Below are positions 1-10,725 of a DNA stretch of 64,000 nucleotides, piece after piece. The notes beneath the pieces are model-generated. The model ran no database searches and was not told the DNA's origin. It was given only the letters and a program-made list of their open reading frames with translations. Source of the DNA: Candidatus Thorarchaeota archaeon (GTDB lineage: Archaea; Asgardarchaeota; Thorarchaeia; Thorarchaeales; Thorarchaeaceae); the NCBI GenBank assembly GCA_963726195.1, contig CAVSBO010000003.1, forward strand, positions 128,001 through 192,000, read 5' to 3'. A program made the position numbers and the translations under genes. Position 1 is the stretch's first letter, and every line of letters begins with the position of its first letter.

Positions 1-632
1 ACTGCAATTCTGGAAATATGTCTACTTCGCAGCTGGCATGTTGCTTGTCTTGTGGTTGAACTTGGTTCAGCCTGCTTGGGTGCCTGGTCTACACATACCT
101 TCACAGCTGAGCGCCTCGGCAGTTCTCGCGTTTCTAATGATGTTAATCATCTTGTGCCTGATGTCAAGCATGAGCAGCATGGTTCTCGTTCCTTGATGAA
201 AAAGACAACATCTACCTACTGAAGGCGAGCCCATTCAGGAAGTCTGACATAATCCTAGCCAAGTACGTTGGAAGCCTGTTTGAGAGCACAGTATCCCTCT
301 TGCCTGTGTTGGGTCTGTTCGTCTATTTCTTTCACCCCGAAGGCTCTCTGATATATGTGGCCCTGTCTATTCCTTTGCTAATATTGTTCAACGCTTCTGG
401 GGTCATGATTGGTTCTTATGTACCAGTTCTGACAAACGATCCAGAGAACCCACCCATTCCGATGGTCTTCTCGTACCCAACGATCAATCTCGGAATGGGC
501 GCTCTTGTTGTGCTCATCGTTAATGCTTTCCTGAAAAGCACGCTCCTTCTCTTGATACTGCCTACGCTCGTTGTGCTTCTGTCGGTTCTGTTCTTGGGTC
601 TGTCAGTATTCGCTCTGGGTGCGTTCAAGTGA
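1..632 (+). CDS. ABC-2-type permease-like membrane protein, 5'-partial, frameshift near 190
   Basis: Hydrophobic frame open from base 2. After a shift near 190 it reads DEKDNIYLLKASPFRKSDIILAKY (ABC-2 permease-like motif) and continues into ORF 300..632. Confidence 0.55.
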
Positions 633-839
633 CCAAATCATTCTGACCCTGTCCGGTACTCAGACATTGCGTGTTGTCACGGCGAACCGGTTCCGACAAA
701 CAATGATTATACAGACACTCACCTGATTACATCATACTTGACGTAATGTAGCCATTCATTGCATGCTCTGTACAAGTTACGAACAATTGTCACAGGGCCG
801 GCAATTGGCTTCACTTCTGTGCCTTGCGTGAGAAGAAGG

Positions 840-2643
840 ATGTCGGTGTTGTCGGATAATACTAGTACGACGAAGCGAGACGATTCCCATGACCCGTATC
901 AGGACATCCTCCAAATGGCGAATGATGGGATAGTTGTGGTGCAAGAGGGTCGGATTGCGGTCGCGAATCCTGCGTTCGCTAAGATGCTCGGCTACCAGGA
1001 ATCGAAGCTCCTTGGGATGGCCTTCGAGTCGCTTCTAGATCCTGTCGCGTCCCACCTATACGAGGAGAAACAGGAGGAATTTCGGTTCGGCCAACAGGAT
1101 AGACCCGCTTTTCGTGCAAGATTCGTCACCAGCGACAAGAGAGCATTAACTGCTGAAATCAGTACTGCGGATTTCGTCTTCAAAGGCCAGCCTGCAGTAA
1201 TCGTGCTCGTCAGGGATGTCACCCACCAGCTTGAGCTCGAGAGTTTGCTCGAACAATCCGAATCTCGGTACAGGATGATGTTCGAGTCTTCACCCATCGC
1301 TTGCTTCACCCTGAGCGCTTACGGGATAATCCAGAGTATGAACAATGCAGCAGAGAGGCTCGTGGGTTTCAAGTCCGACCAGCTGCTACACAGGAGTGTC
1401 TTGTCGCTTCTGCCCAAGGCCAAGGCAGAAGCAGAGGTGGCAAGATCGGTTCTGTCCGGTGCTCTGGAGGGGCGGACAATCGGAGATGAGGAAATCAAGC
1501 TCGCTACCTCAACGGGTCAAGATGTCTGGGTTAGTGTTAGCTCAAGTCTACTTTCTATGGAAGGGCAGTCATCGATAATAGCTCTCATGGCACTGGACAT
1601 ACATCAGAGAAAGATTGCTGAAGAGAGGGAGAAGGCACAACGTGAACGAGCGAATCTCTACCTCGAAGTCACCACACACGATCTCAACAACGTGAACCAG
1701 ACACTTCTATTCGTGACGGGCCTCATGGAGCTTTCATCTGACCTCTCTGACCAGACAAAGGAGATGGTGCGTCAAAGCAGCTGGAATGTGAGGAAATCCG
1801 CAAGATTGATTGCAAACCTGAAGCTGCTTATGGCACTGCGAGACACTCCACCCCTGGTTGCGAAAATAGACCCCTGCGCGACGCTTCAGAGCGCAGTTGA
1901 CGCCGTACAGCTTGATTTCCCATGGAAGACAATCAGGTTGAGCAGTAACCTGAGACCTGGTGCGTTCTTCCTCAGCTGCTAATCTGAACATCGAGGTTGT
2001 CTTCTTCAACATCATTCACAATTCCGCCAACTATGACCAGAGTGATTTGGTGGAGATTGACGTTGCCGCACGGAAGGACGAATCGAGCGGTGAAATCTGC
2101 TTCGAGTTCTGTGACAGAGGCCCGGGCATACCTGATTCCCTCAAGCAGTCCATATTCAAGCGAAGCGGCAGTCCGGATGCACAGACTGTAGGAAGAGGCT
2201 TAGGTCTAACCCTCGTTGACACGATTGTGAGGGGTCTTGGAGGCAAGGTGTGGGTAGAGGACCGTGCCAAAGGTCGCCCATCTCAAGGGTCTAAATTCGT
2301 TGTGTTGATACCTGAATGGAAGGAAGAGACCATCCTGCCATGTGGAAGAGGTACGTGCATCACATTCTACAAATCGGACAACTGCCTGTTCTGCGAGCAA
2401 GTCTTAGTTACCATAAGGGCCGCGCTCGAGGAATTGAGCATACCCGCTCAGATGGTACAGGTAGTCAACGTAGATGATCCTGATGCAGATGTGTCGGAGA
2501 ACGACGTACCCATGGTTCCCCTTGTGAGAATCTGCAAAGATAGGGATCTCACTGGATTGGTTTCTGATGACCAAGTCCGGTCTGCCCTTCTTGCATTAGT
2601 CGTGAAATCATGCTACCCCATGAATCGGGATATGCATTCGTGA
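840..2643 (+). CDS. PAS-PAS sensor histidine kinase with C-terminal thioredoxin-like (CLFC) domain; frameshift near 1965
   Basis: Two PAS domains (ANPAFAKMLGY; MNNAAERLVG) and H-box THDLNN in ORF 759..1982. N-box NIIHNS, G1 DRGPGIP and G2 GRGLGL in ORF 1960..2643, then FYKSDNCLFC...VPMVP. Confidence 0.85.
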
Positions 2644-2671
2644 GCCGGACTGAGCGGTACATCGTGGTTCG

Positions 2672-2714
2672 AAAAATAGCTGTGTGGCTGACCCCTAGAG
2701 CGGGTCAGACACAC
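2672..2714 (-). terminator. Hairpin terminator between convergent genes
   Basis: GTGTGGCTGACCC (2682-2694) / GGGTCAGACACAC (2702-2714) inverted repeat with an adjacent AAAAA (T-run on the minus strand). Confidence 0.55.
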
Positions 2715-2752
2715 GAGGCGGTATGAAACCAATAGAACTTAGACTGCGCTTT

Positions 2753-3115
2753 CTAGAAGAACATGACCCTGTCGTGCTTGAGGACATCGTTCACCATTGC
2801 GGCAGCGCCGGCTATGACGATCCTCTTGTCGCGGAAGTCTTTCTCACTGAGCTTGCGGAATGTGGCAGAGTTAGAGCAGACCTCTATTTTTCCGCCTGCC
2901 TCTAGAAAGGAGTTGATCAAATCAGGCAAAGGCGGGAAACCCGGAGCCTTGATTTTCTCTGCAATACCTTTCTTCATCAGATAAACGGCGTCCATCATCA
3001 AGAAGATCTTGACATCGACATCCAGTGTCTGTGCAGTCGTGCCTGTTACAAACGGTCCGAAGCAGCGCTCTGCAGCTTCCGGTCCCCATTGTCCGACTAT
3101 GTATAGACTTGGCAT
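2753..3115 (-). CDS. DsrE/DsrF-like family protein
   Basis: GPEAAERC, VKIFLMMDAVYL, GGKIEVC motifs; 120 aa. Confidence 0.8.
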   Translation of the reverse strand: MPSLYIVGQWGPEAAERCFGPFVTGTTAQTLDVDVKIFLMMDAVYLMKKGIAEKIKAPGFPPLPDLINSFLEAGGKIEVCSNSATFRKLSEKDFRDKRIVIAGAAAMVNDVLKHDRVMFF

Positions 3116-3128
3116 TGAATTGTCACCT

Positions 3129-3548
3129 CTACATTACTGCAATCTGCGTGTAGTACAAAACCATTGCAAGAGCGAAGAACAGTGTCACGATCAGGTTTGT
3201 GATGTGAGAGCTGTGCATCGGTCCTCCCTGCATCGTCTTGAGCAGGATTGGCAGGACTTTCCCGAACTCCATCAGTGTTGCTACTAGCACAAGGACAAAG
3301 TCGAGTAGCAACAGAATGTGCAACAGGTCGAACATGACATGCATTGCCGGGGTTAGGAACAGCTGGTAAACCAGTGCAACCATTCCCACCATCATGGCAA
3401 TCATCAGTGTCATGACCTGGCTCATTAGATACATGCCCATTCTCCTAGCAAGCATGAAGCCCGAGAACATCGTGCTCATGCCCATGGCGAATAGCATGAA
3501 TAGCATGATTTGGAATATAGCCACGGTTTTACACCTAATTTTGGGCAA
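3129..3548 (-). CDS. Met-rich four-TM membrane protein, unknown function
   Basis: Four hydrophobic segments; 21 Met in the last 125 aa; 13 bp upstream of the DsrE gene. Confidence 0.65.
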   Translation of the reverse strand: MPKIRCKTVAIFQIMLFMLFAMGMSTMFSGFMLARRMGMYLMSQVMTLMIAMMVGMVALVYQLFLTPAMHVMFDLLHILLLLDFVLVLVATLMEFGKVLPILLKTMQGGPMHSSHITNLIVTLFFALAMVLYYTQIAVM

Positions 3549-3638
3549 ATGCGAATCGCTTCAAATAACTCTGTTGAAAGCGGCTATAGAGTAAGGGATA
3601 ATAGTGGAAGTCTCTGATGGCCTTTCTGAGGTTCTAAG

Positions 3639-3878
3639 ATGGTAACCTATACTGTAGCTCGAGAGCTCGATGCAACTGCCATGAGGTGCCCAATGCCCGT
3701 TCTTGAGTTGAAGAAAGCAATTGCTCAGGTCAAGGTGGGAGAGGTTGTGAAGGTCGTAGCAACTGATGTAGGCACCAAGAAAGACTTCCCTGCTTGGGCC
3801 GAGCGAACTGGCAACCAGATTCTCGAAGTGAAGCAAGAAAGCAACAAAATCATTTGGTTCATTAAGCGCTTGAAGTGA
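3639..3878 (+). CDS. tusA: TusA/SirA-family sulfur carrier
   Basis: LDATAMRCPMPVL (CPxP) and VVATDVGTKKDFPAWAERTGN. Confidence 0.9.
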   Translation: MVTYTVARELDATAMRCPMPVLELKKAIAQVKVGEVVKVVATDVGTKKDFPAWAERTGNQILEVKQESNKIIWFIKRLK

Positions 3879-4022
3879 TTTGTTCACTCATGCAGTAGCC
3901 AGCGATCGCTAGCCAAATCCCGTGCCTAGGACAATCAGTGCCTGCGCCTGTGGCTCTTCTCTCGCCGGGCACTATTCTGATTGTGGATAGGGAGAGCCGA
4001 TTAACATCAGAGCATTGTTAAT

Positions 4023-4529
4023 ATGGCGACATCAGAGATTCGCTTGAAGGCGTCCCTGATGACCGTGATAGATGTCGTGGAAGATCTGCTCAAGCAGGCG
4101 GAAATCAACTACAGACGTGACGAGAAAGTCATCACAATGCACTGGAAGACAGATCATTTCGATGACCTGAAAGTCATAATAAAGACAAACCTCGACGAAT
4201 CGTGGACGTACGTCGCGGCGCCTTTCACGAGCCTCGACAAGGTGCCTCAAGCTCAGAAGATGAAGTTCCTGTATGACATGCTGAAGTCGTCTTGGTTGGT
4301 CAATGGGGTGAAGTACGCGGTCGATAATGATGATGACATCATGGTCATTGCGGAAACCAACGATTCAAGCCTCACAGTTCAGGAAGTCGAAATGTTCGTA
4401 AACAATGTTGTTCATGCCTGCGATACTCTTTGGGAAATCTACCCGAAAGAAGAAAAGAAGGCGGAGAAGCCAAAGGTACGAAAGAAAGCAGAAGAGTCGA
4501 GCGGGCGAAAGAAACCACAGAGAACATAG
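4023..4529 (+). CDS. YbjN-like domain protein with charged tail
   Basis: alpha/beta pattern with LLKSSW.VNGVKYAVDNDDDIMV-like segment; Lys/Glu-rich C-terminus. Confidence 0.55.
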   Translation: MATSEIRLKASLMTVIDVVEDLLKQAEINYRRDEKVITMHWKTDHFDDLKVIIKTNLDESWTYVAAPFTSLDKVPQAQKMKFLYDMLKSSWLVNGVKYAVDNDDDIMVIAETNDSSLTVQEVEMFVNNVVHACDTLWEIYPKEEKKAEKPKVRKKAEESSGRKKPQRT

Positions 4530-4733
4530 AACAACGACTTGACACGAGATTTCATGCGGAAAGTGCGTGATATGCACCAACATCTCACGTGAACCCACTC
4601 CATCTCATCGCCTCTGTCGTGTGTTCCCTTTCGGTTTCGTTGAGGACAGTCTCAAATGCAACTGGCAAGTGCAGGCAAGAAGCAAAGACATCAAATTGAT
4701 AAGACCCTCATCCTGCTCGTAGAAGGGACCAAC

Positions 4734-5291
4734 ATGAGTCAGGGCGTTGCCAATCTTCAATCCAATCCGGACGACAGAGAAAGGCTGTTAATGATCATGT
4801 TCAGGAAACGCACAGGCTTCTTGTTCTACTATGTATTTGGCGCAATGCTTTCAGGCATTGGTGTTCTTGGCAACGTCGCAACCGCCGCCGGATTCGTTGA
4901 GCAGAGCTGGATAAGATGGGAGCTTGGTGTTGCCGTCATAATCAGCGGGGTTCTCATAATAGCAGCGGCCGAAATCAAGAGGAGACTCACACTCTACATC
5001 CTGACCACTTGGAATGTGAGAATAAGGAAAGGGATAATGAAGAGAACTACTATCCGTGTCTTCTATGACGAGATATCGGCTGTTGACACTTCGATGAATC
5101 CGGATGAGAAATCTATCGGAATCGGAGACCTTAGAGTGTATTCGAACGATAGCAAGGAAAAGCCGACAGTCGTGTTTACTGATATATACAATCCTGACGG
5201 CATTCGCGAGATTGTCCTCCGCATGATGCAGACAACCCCAGCTCCCGTGCCGTGGGTCCATGTCCCAAGAACGCACACGGTTGTCTTCTAA
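4734..5291 (+). CDS. Membrane-anchored bacterial-type PH domain protein
   Basis: Two TM helices, then YILTTWNVRIRKGIM...YDEISAV...IGIGDLRVYS...FTDIYNP (bPH_2-like). Confidence 0.7.
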   Translation: MSQGVANLQSNPDDRERLLMIMFRKRTGFLFYYVFGAMLSGIGVLGNVATAAGFVEQSWIRWELGVAVIISGVLIIAAAEIKRRLTLYILTTWNVRIRKGIMKRTTIRVFYDEISAVDTSMNPDEKSIGIGDLRVYSNDSKEKPTVVFTDIYNPDGIREIVLRMMQTTPAPVPWVHVPRTHTVVF

Positions 5292-5393
5292 TCGAACTCC
5301 ACTTACATTGCCTTCAGATCTTGTTGGTCGGGCACTGATGTATCACCGGGGTATGGCTAACGGTTATCATCCCTTCTGTGCGTAGTTAGTCTC

Positions 5394-5570
5394 ATGACGA
5401 GACATCTGACAGTCAAGATTCCTGAAGACTTCAAAATGATGTGGGTCAGGAAGAACCTGCAGTATGGCCTCGGTTACTCTTCTTTCCCTGAGTTCATCAA
5501 AGACTGCATGAGGCGTCGCTTCGAGGAAATCGACAGGAAATCGACCGCACGCAAGGCTGGTCAAGCGTGA
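5394..5570 (+). CDS. Small ribbon-helix-helix (CopG/NikR-type) DNA-binding protein, 58 aa, below the ORF-track cutoff
   Basis: Manual translation: MTRHLTVKIPEDFKMMWVRKNLQYGLGYSSFPEFIKDCMRRRFEEIDRKSTARKAGQA; strand TVKIP plus GYSS-EFIKD helix pattern. Confidence 0.65.
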   Translation: MTRHLTVKIPEDFKMMWVRKNLQYGLGYSSFPEFIKDCMRRRFEEIDRKSTARKAGQA

Positions 5571-5703
5571 CATAACACCCGAAAGGTGCAGCACAAGAAG
5601 CAGTTAGAAGGTTAACCCTGACACGCCATTCCAAGTGTGGCCTTTCATGCCCGTATCGTCTCCCCTTGCGAAACCGGATGTGCGAACCTGGCAGACCTAC
5701 AGA

Positions 5704-6588
5704 CTACTCTCCAGCAAATCCCCACTCAGAAGGAATATGCATTCGAGGCTCTGTCTTGTAGTAGCCCAGCACCTTCTCGAACTCCTTGTTGACATTCAAT
5801 GCCATCCTAGCGATGCAATCGTATAGCATCAGGGTTTCGTTGTCTGGAAGCGGATCGCTCAGTTTTTGGTCGAGAAATCCCCAGCCTCCGTCCCAGGGAA
5901 GAATCTCGATTCTGTTCAGAGAGAGAAAGTCTCGCACTACATTTCCCCAGATGAATCGAAGACCGTGCATGTCCATGATACCAAACTTGTCCGGGTCGCC
6001 CCTTCCCGTACGACACATTTCCCAAGCCCTGCCGGCATTGATGAACCCCTCAGGTGGAACATCCAAGGGATTAAACGAAATATGAAGGGCCTCCTTTTGA
6101 AGCGAATCGAGTTGGGAGTCCACCATCGCCCAGCGTTTCAGTTTCGGTTCCCAGTATTCACAGACCCAATGGTCCTCATAATGATTGGGCATGAAGTACG
6201 CACCGAACCCGCAGCGGGCTCTTGCTGGTATGCCTTTATGCCGCAATATAGTACAGAGCAGGACAGAGAAGTCCCGACAGTTTCCTACCTGTCGCTCCTG
6301 CAGTGGTCTAGGTATGCTAAGTGGCTGGTCATTCTTTTCTGACATCATTGCGAGCTTTTCGGCAACGGGGCGAATTTGCAGGCTGAGCTGTTGATCCTCG
6401 GTCAAAGCAAGTCCCATGCGTTCGGCCCAGAAGACATGAACCAAGTTGGTCTGCACTACCTGGCAAATTGAAGCCAAGTCGTTAGGAATACCTACCAACA
6501 TTGAAGCATATGTGCCCGGATTTGTCATTACGCCGGGTCTTGAATAGAAGGAAAGAGGATTCACGACCTGCCGCTGAAGCCTGCGCAC
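5704..6588 (-). CDS. Transglutaminase-like domain protein
   Basis: GNCRDFS, GIPARARCGF, DHWVCEYW, MVDSQ (Cys-His-Asp triad). Confidence 0.85.
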   Translation of the reverse strand: MRRLQRQVVNPLSFYSRPGVMTNPGTYASMLVGIPNDLASICQVVQTNLVHVFWAERMGLALTEDQQLSLQIRPVAEKLAMMSEKNDQPLSIPRPLQERQVGNCRDFSVLLCTILRHKGIPARARCGFGAYFMPNHYEDHWVCEYWEPKLKRWAMVDSQLDSLQKEALHISFNPLDVPPEGFINAGRAWEMCRTGRGDPDKFGIMDMHGLRFIWGNVVRDFLSLNRIEILPWDGGWGFLDQKLSDPLPDNETLMLYDCIARMALNVNKEFEKVLGYYKTEPRMHIPSEWGFAGE

Positions 6589-6767
6589 TTAAGTCTGGGG
6601 GCACATGCCTTTCGCTTCATAGGGTGACAGGAAACAAGAGCAGCATCCAATCCCTCTGAATCAGAAACAGAATGTAACACTAAAAAGGATAGAGACCACC
6701 AATTAGCTCAATCAATAGAGAGTTCATACGGGTCAGTATCCACACAACACAATGGGAGCAATCACAG

Positions 6768-8231
6768 ATGCCACTCATGACCGGCAAGGAATACCGAGAG
6801 AGCCTCAAGAAAAGGAAGCCGCTTACTATCTTCCTCCATGGAGATAAGATCGAGAATCCAATCGAGCACCCGATCATAAAGGCGTCAATTAACTCATTGG
6901 CGCTGACATACGACCTTGCCTCCGACACGCAATACCGCGAACTGATGACCGTCAAGTCCTCGTTGACTGGAAACACTATCAATCGCTTCTGCCATTTGCA
7001 TCAAAGCACTGAGGATCTCCAAAACAAGGTTCGAATGCTGAGACTGCTTGGGCAGAAATGCGGAACATGCTTTCAGCGCTGCGTTGGTATGGACGCATTG
7101 AACGCGGTTTTCCTCACAACTTATGAGATTGATCAGAGTCATGGCACAGACTATCATCAACGTTTCACTGAGTACGTGAAGATGGCGGAGAAGAAGGATT
7201 GGACAATTGATGGAGCGATGACCGATCCGAAAGGAGACCGGAGCAAGCGTCCTTCTGAGCAAAAAGACCCTGATGTCTACGTCCATGTTGTCGAGAGACG
7301 AAAGGATGGCGTTGTTATCCGCGGTGCGAAAGCTCACCAAACCGGCGCCATCAATTCCCATGAACACCTAATCATGCCCACGGCCGCACTGCAGAAAGAG
7401 GACCGCGATTATGCGATTTGTTGCGCTGTTCCTGCAGATGCTCCGGGCATCACTTACTATTATGGACGACAATCGTCGGACATGCGTCGACTTGATGAGA
7501 GTGTCGAGGGCGACATCGATTGCGGTAACCCGACGTACGGAGGTCAGGAATGTCTCGTCGTCTTTGATAACGTATTCGTGCCGAACGACCGCATCTTCAT
7601 GAACGGGGAGACTGACCTCTGCGGAAGGCTCGTCGAATCTTTCGCCGCCTATCATCGCCAAAGCTATGGAGGCTGCAAAGTTGGGGTTGGTGACGTGCTA
7701 ATCGGCGCGGCGGCCACTATCGCAGAATACAACGGCGTTCTCCAGGCGTCTCACATCCGGGACAAACTCACAGAAATGACGCATCTCAACGAGACCCTAT
7801 ACTCATGTGGTATGGCTTGCTCAGCATGCGGCAGCAAGACTCCAGCAGGTAACTACCTCGTTGACATCCTTCTTGCAAACGTGTGCAAGCAGAATGTCAC
7901 GCGCTTTCCTTTCGAGATTGCACGCATTTTGCAGGACATAGCGGGCGGACTGTTTGTCACTTGTCCGAGTGCCCGTGAGCTCAGGAATCCCCAGACTCGG
8001 AAGATCATCGACAAGTACCTGGCAGGTGCAGAGGGAGTAGAGACGGTAAATCGTATCAAGATGCTTCGGCTGATTGAGAACCTAACGCTAGGAAGAGCGG
8101 CGGTCGGATACTTGACCGAATCAATGCATGGTGCCGGTTCGCCTCAGGCACAGAGAATCATGATCCACCGTTTGGCCAACATTGAGGAGAAGAAGAAGAT
8201 GGCCAAGCTGTTGGCTCAAATCAAGGAGTAG
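6768..8231 (+). CDS. abfD: 4-hydroxybutyryl-CoA dehydratase (HpaB-like family)
   Basis: CFQRC and H-x6-C (HRQSYGGC) [4Fe-4S] ligands, GAMTDPKGDR, ESMHGAGSP. Confidence 0.9.
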   Translation: MPLMTGKEYRESLKKRKPLTIFLHGDKIENPIEHPIIKASINSLALTYDLASDTQYRELMTVKSSLTGNTINRFCHLHQSTEDLQNKVRMLRLLGQKCGTCFQRCVGMDALNAVFLTTYEIDQSHGTDYHQRFTEYVKMAEKKDWTIDGAMTDPKGDRSKRPSEQKDPDVYVHVVERRKDGVVIRGAKAHQTGAINSHEHLIMPTAALQKEDRDYAICCAVPADAPGITYYYGRQSSDMRRLDESVEGDIDCGNPTYGGQECLVVFDNVFVPNDRIFMNGETDLCGRLVESFAAYHRQSYGGCKVGVGDVLIGAAATIAEYNGVLQASHIRDKLTEMTHLNETLYSCGMACSACGSKTPAGNYLVDILLANVCKQNVTRFPFEIARILQDIAGGLFVTCPSARELRNPQTRKIIDKYLAGAEGVETVNRIKMLRLIENLTLGRAAVGYLTESMHGAGSPQAQRIMIHRLANIEEKKKMAKLLAQIKE

Positions 8232-8263
8232 TATCTGCCTAGCGCTTGACTCAGAGGTCTTGA

Positions 8264-9680
8264 GTGATGGGCAAAGTCACCTTGGATGTATGCCGAGGAA
8301 AGGTGAAGGAGTCCATCGACGTACCTGATGACTCCGTCTATCTCGGTGCCCAAGGCTTGACCTCTATCGACCTTAGCCCGCTGTCAGAATCCACAAGACT
8401 ACAGAATCTCTGGCTCTACAACAACGGCATAGAAGACTTGGACCTGACCGCCCTTGGCTCATGTACCCATTTGCGTTCGCTTTCATTGCGGAACAACCGT
8501 CTGAATTCCCTGAACCTTAAGCCCCTAGGCCAGTGTTTGCGTCTTGAAGAGCTGGACCTGTCAGATAATGAGATCAGAAATGTCGACCTTGAGCCAATTG
8601 GCTGGCTCAACAACCTGCGACGGCTAGACCTCAGCGGCAACTCTCTGAAGAGGTTGGTTCTGAATCCCATTGCGTCGTGCTCGAATCTCGGAGCACTAGT
8701 CATAGGAGATTCCGAATCGCGCCGGTCCGATTCTCTGAGGGCAAAAGATGAAGCATCAGTGCAACGCAGTTGGGATTTCCGCTTTGTTGAAGCTGTCGAT
8801 GTGAGCCCACTAGTTTGGTGTGACCATCTTTCAACATTTGTAGCTAGAGGTCAGGTCGATCTGACTCTGGACCCCGCCCTCTGGTATGTTGCGGCCACCA
8901 AGGTCCTTGCTAGTGCTGACACAGTGACATCGGCTCCACGCGACAAGGCTGCTCCAGTACTGGCTTGGATGAACCCGTCGCTCTTTTCGAGGCTAACACC
9001 TCTGAATTACGAAGCAATCGCCACTCAGACCGATACTCGAAATCTTCGAAGCATTATCATCCGTAACATCAAGAGGGTGTCGAGAAAGCACTGGTATCAT
9101 TCACAAAAGGGCATGCTTGAGGGCTTTGCGCTCCCGCAACTCTCGGGATATGACGGAAACCCGCTATCAATCCTGGATCTGCCTTCTTTCCCACGAGAGT
9201 ATGCCGGATTCAGGACCGCCTTGCGTAAGCACGTTGTAAGCCTCGTTCGCAGGCAGATTGCTGCCGGCGGGCCCACTTTGTTCATGGAGGTCGATGCCCT
9301 GCTAACCGAAGATGAATCAGCTTTGGCAAAGGCAGTTGTGCGAGCTGAGGAAGGAGGAGATGGATGGGTTAGTTGTGCCAACCGACGGACGTTCTGCTGA
9401 TGTGAGCAGATTGAGTGTGACAAGCTACGGGCTCTCCATAATTAGGGCTCTAGGTGAACAACGGGCGAAAATCCCTTTATCAAACTTCAATAGGGTTCAA
9501 GCTGCACTTAGAGATGCTGGGTTCAACATAAGGAGTGAACGCGGCAAGCCCAGCAGGCTTGGGTCTCCTCCCGCGCCAAGGGTTTCCGCCAGCCTCATCA
9601 GCTTTGTTGTCAATAGTAGGATGGACCTTTCCCCGATGAAGGGGCCGGACCGGATGTCCGCCTTCGAATCCGGTCCCTAA
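8264..9680 (+). CDS. Leucine-rich repeat protein, frameshift near 9340-9400
   Basis: Five or more LxxLxLxxNxLxxLDLxPL repeats; C-terminus continues in ORF 9312..9680. Confidence 0.8.
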
Positions 9681-9704
9681 CGAGTATTCAGAATCGGGAA
9701 CGTC

Positions 9705-10622
9705 TCAGTGAGGAGACCCCGTGGTCTGACCTGGGACCACGCGTTCAAGTGGGACGTCTTGAGCACCTAGTCGCCTGCTAATGCCTTGGACTGCTCTCGA
9801 CATCCATTTCATTATTATTTCATTGAGCATGATGACTGGCAACACAAACGACATCAGGAGCAATGGAACTCCAATAGTTGTGAGTAGACCCAGCGTCAGG
9901 TTTCCGCTGGTCATGGGCACCCCTCGGACGAAGAAAGGTACGTAGAAGTACGTGTAGACCATTGCGATGGGAAAGCCCAGCAGAGCAAATCCACTGATGT
10001 AACTGCTGTACCAGCGGCCTACGCCTTCTGTATGTGGGGGCCGGCGGTTGTCCAACTGTTCCGGCTTCAGGTGGGTCACAATCCCGCTATCGTCCAAAGC
10101 CCAAGTTGGCATGAAGATTGCAAGGGCCACTGGGAGAACCACCAATGAGGACAGTATTGAGAGGAGGGGGTTTATCACCGTATGTTCAAATTGGACGTTG
10201 ACGAGGGGAATAGGCTCGAAAGGCCAGTTGCCGACAAGACTGAGGAGAAGGTCACCAAAAGAGAGAGCAAACAAGGCCGGCATTGCAGCGCGCCTCACCA
10301 TTCTGTAGGCTCCAAACTTGGTTCCGAGTTTCATTACGCTCTGAGTATAAGCTGTGGACTTGACTAGCTTGTTTCCAATCAGCATTAGCGACGCTAGGGG
10401 AATCGTGAGAATGAGAAACTCAACTAGGTATAAGGGAATGACAACCATGAGAAGGAATTGCGCGTCTGACGGCGTAGTACCTGAAACAGCGGGTATCAAA
10501 TCATACGTTGGCTTCTGAGCATAAAGGAACTCACTAAGCCGGTTGACGAAGAAGACGGTCAATGAGATCCCGCTGGCTGCCAGCAGGATAGTCAAGAGAA
10601 AACGGTTCGATTGTGCGTGCAT
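9705..10622 (-). CDS. Multi-pass membrane protein, unknown function
   Basis: 305-aa ORF with about 6 hydrophobic segments. Confidence 0.7.
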   Translation of the reverse strand: MHAQSNRFLLTILLAASGISLTVFFVNRLSEFLYAQKPTYDLIPAVSGTTPSDAQFLLMVVIPLYLVEFLILTIPLASLMLIGNKLVKSTAYTQSVMKLGTKFGAYRMVRRAAMPALFALSFGDLLLSLVGNWPFEPIPLVNVQFEHTVINPLLSILSSLVVLPVALAIFMPTWALDDSGIVTHLKPEQLDNRRPPHTEGVGRWYSSYISGFALLGFPIAMVYTYFYVPFFVRGVPMTSGNLTLGLLTTIGVPLLLMSFVLPVIMLNEIIMKWMSRAVQGISRRLGAQDVPLERVVPGQTTGSPH

Positions 10623-10725
10623 GAGAATCCCTTGATGACAAGGCGCACGGCTCTAATCTAAGCCTTGTTGTGACGAATTGAGATACCTTCCAGCAAAGTG
10701 CCTACCCGCGCTCAGCCAGCCTAGT

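Noticed and set aside
1960-1982. Programmed frameshifting in the split genes
   Set aside because: No consistent slippery heptamer or stimulatory structure at the breaks; the frequency fits sequencing error.
6768-8231. Autotrophic 4-hydroxybutyrate carbon-fixation cycle inferred from abfD
   Set aside because: No other cycle genes are in the window, and the enzyme also serves fermentative aminobutyrate/succinate routes.
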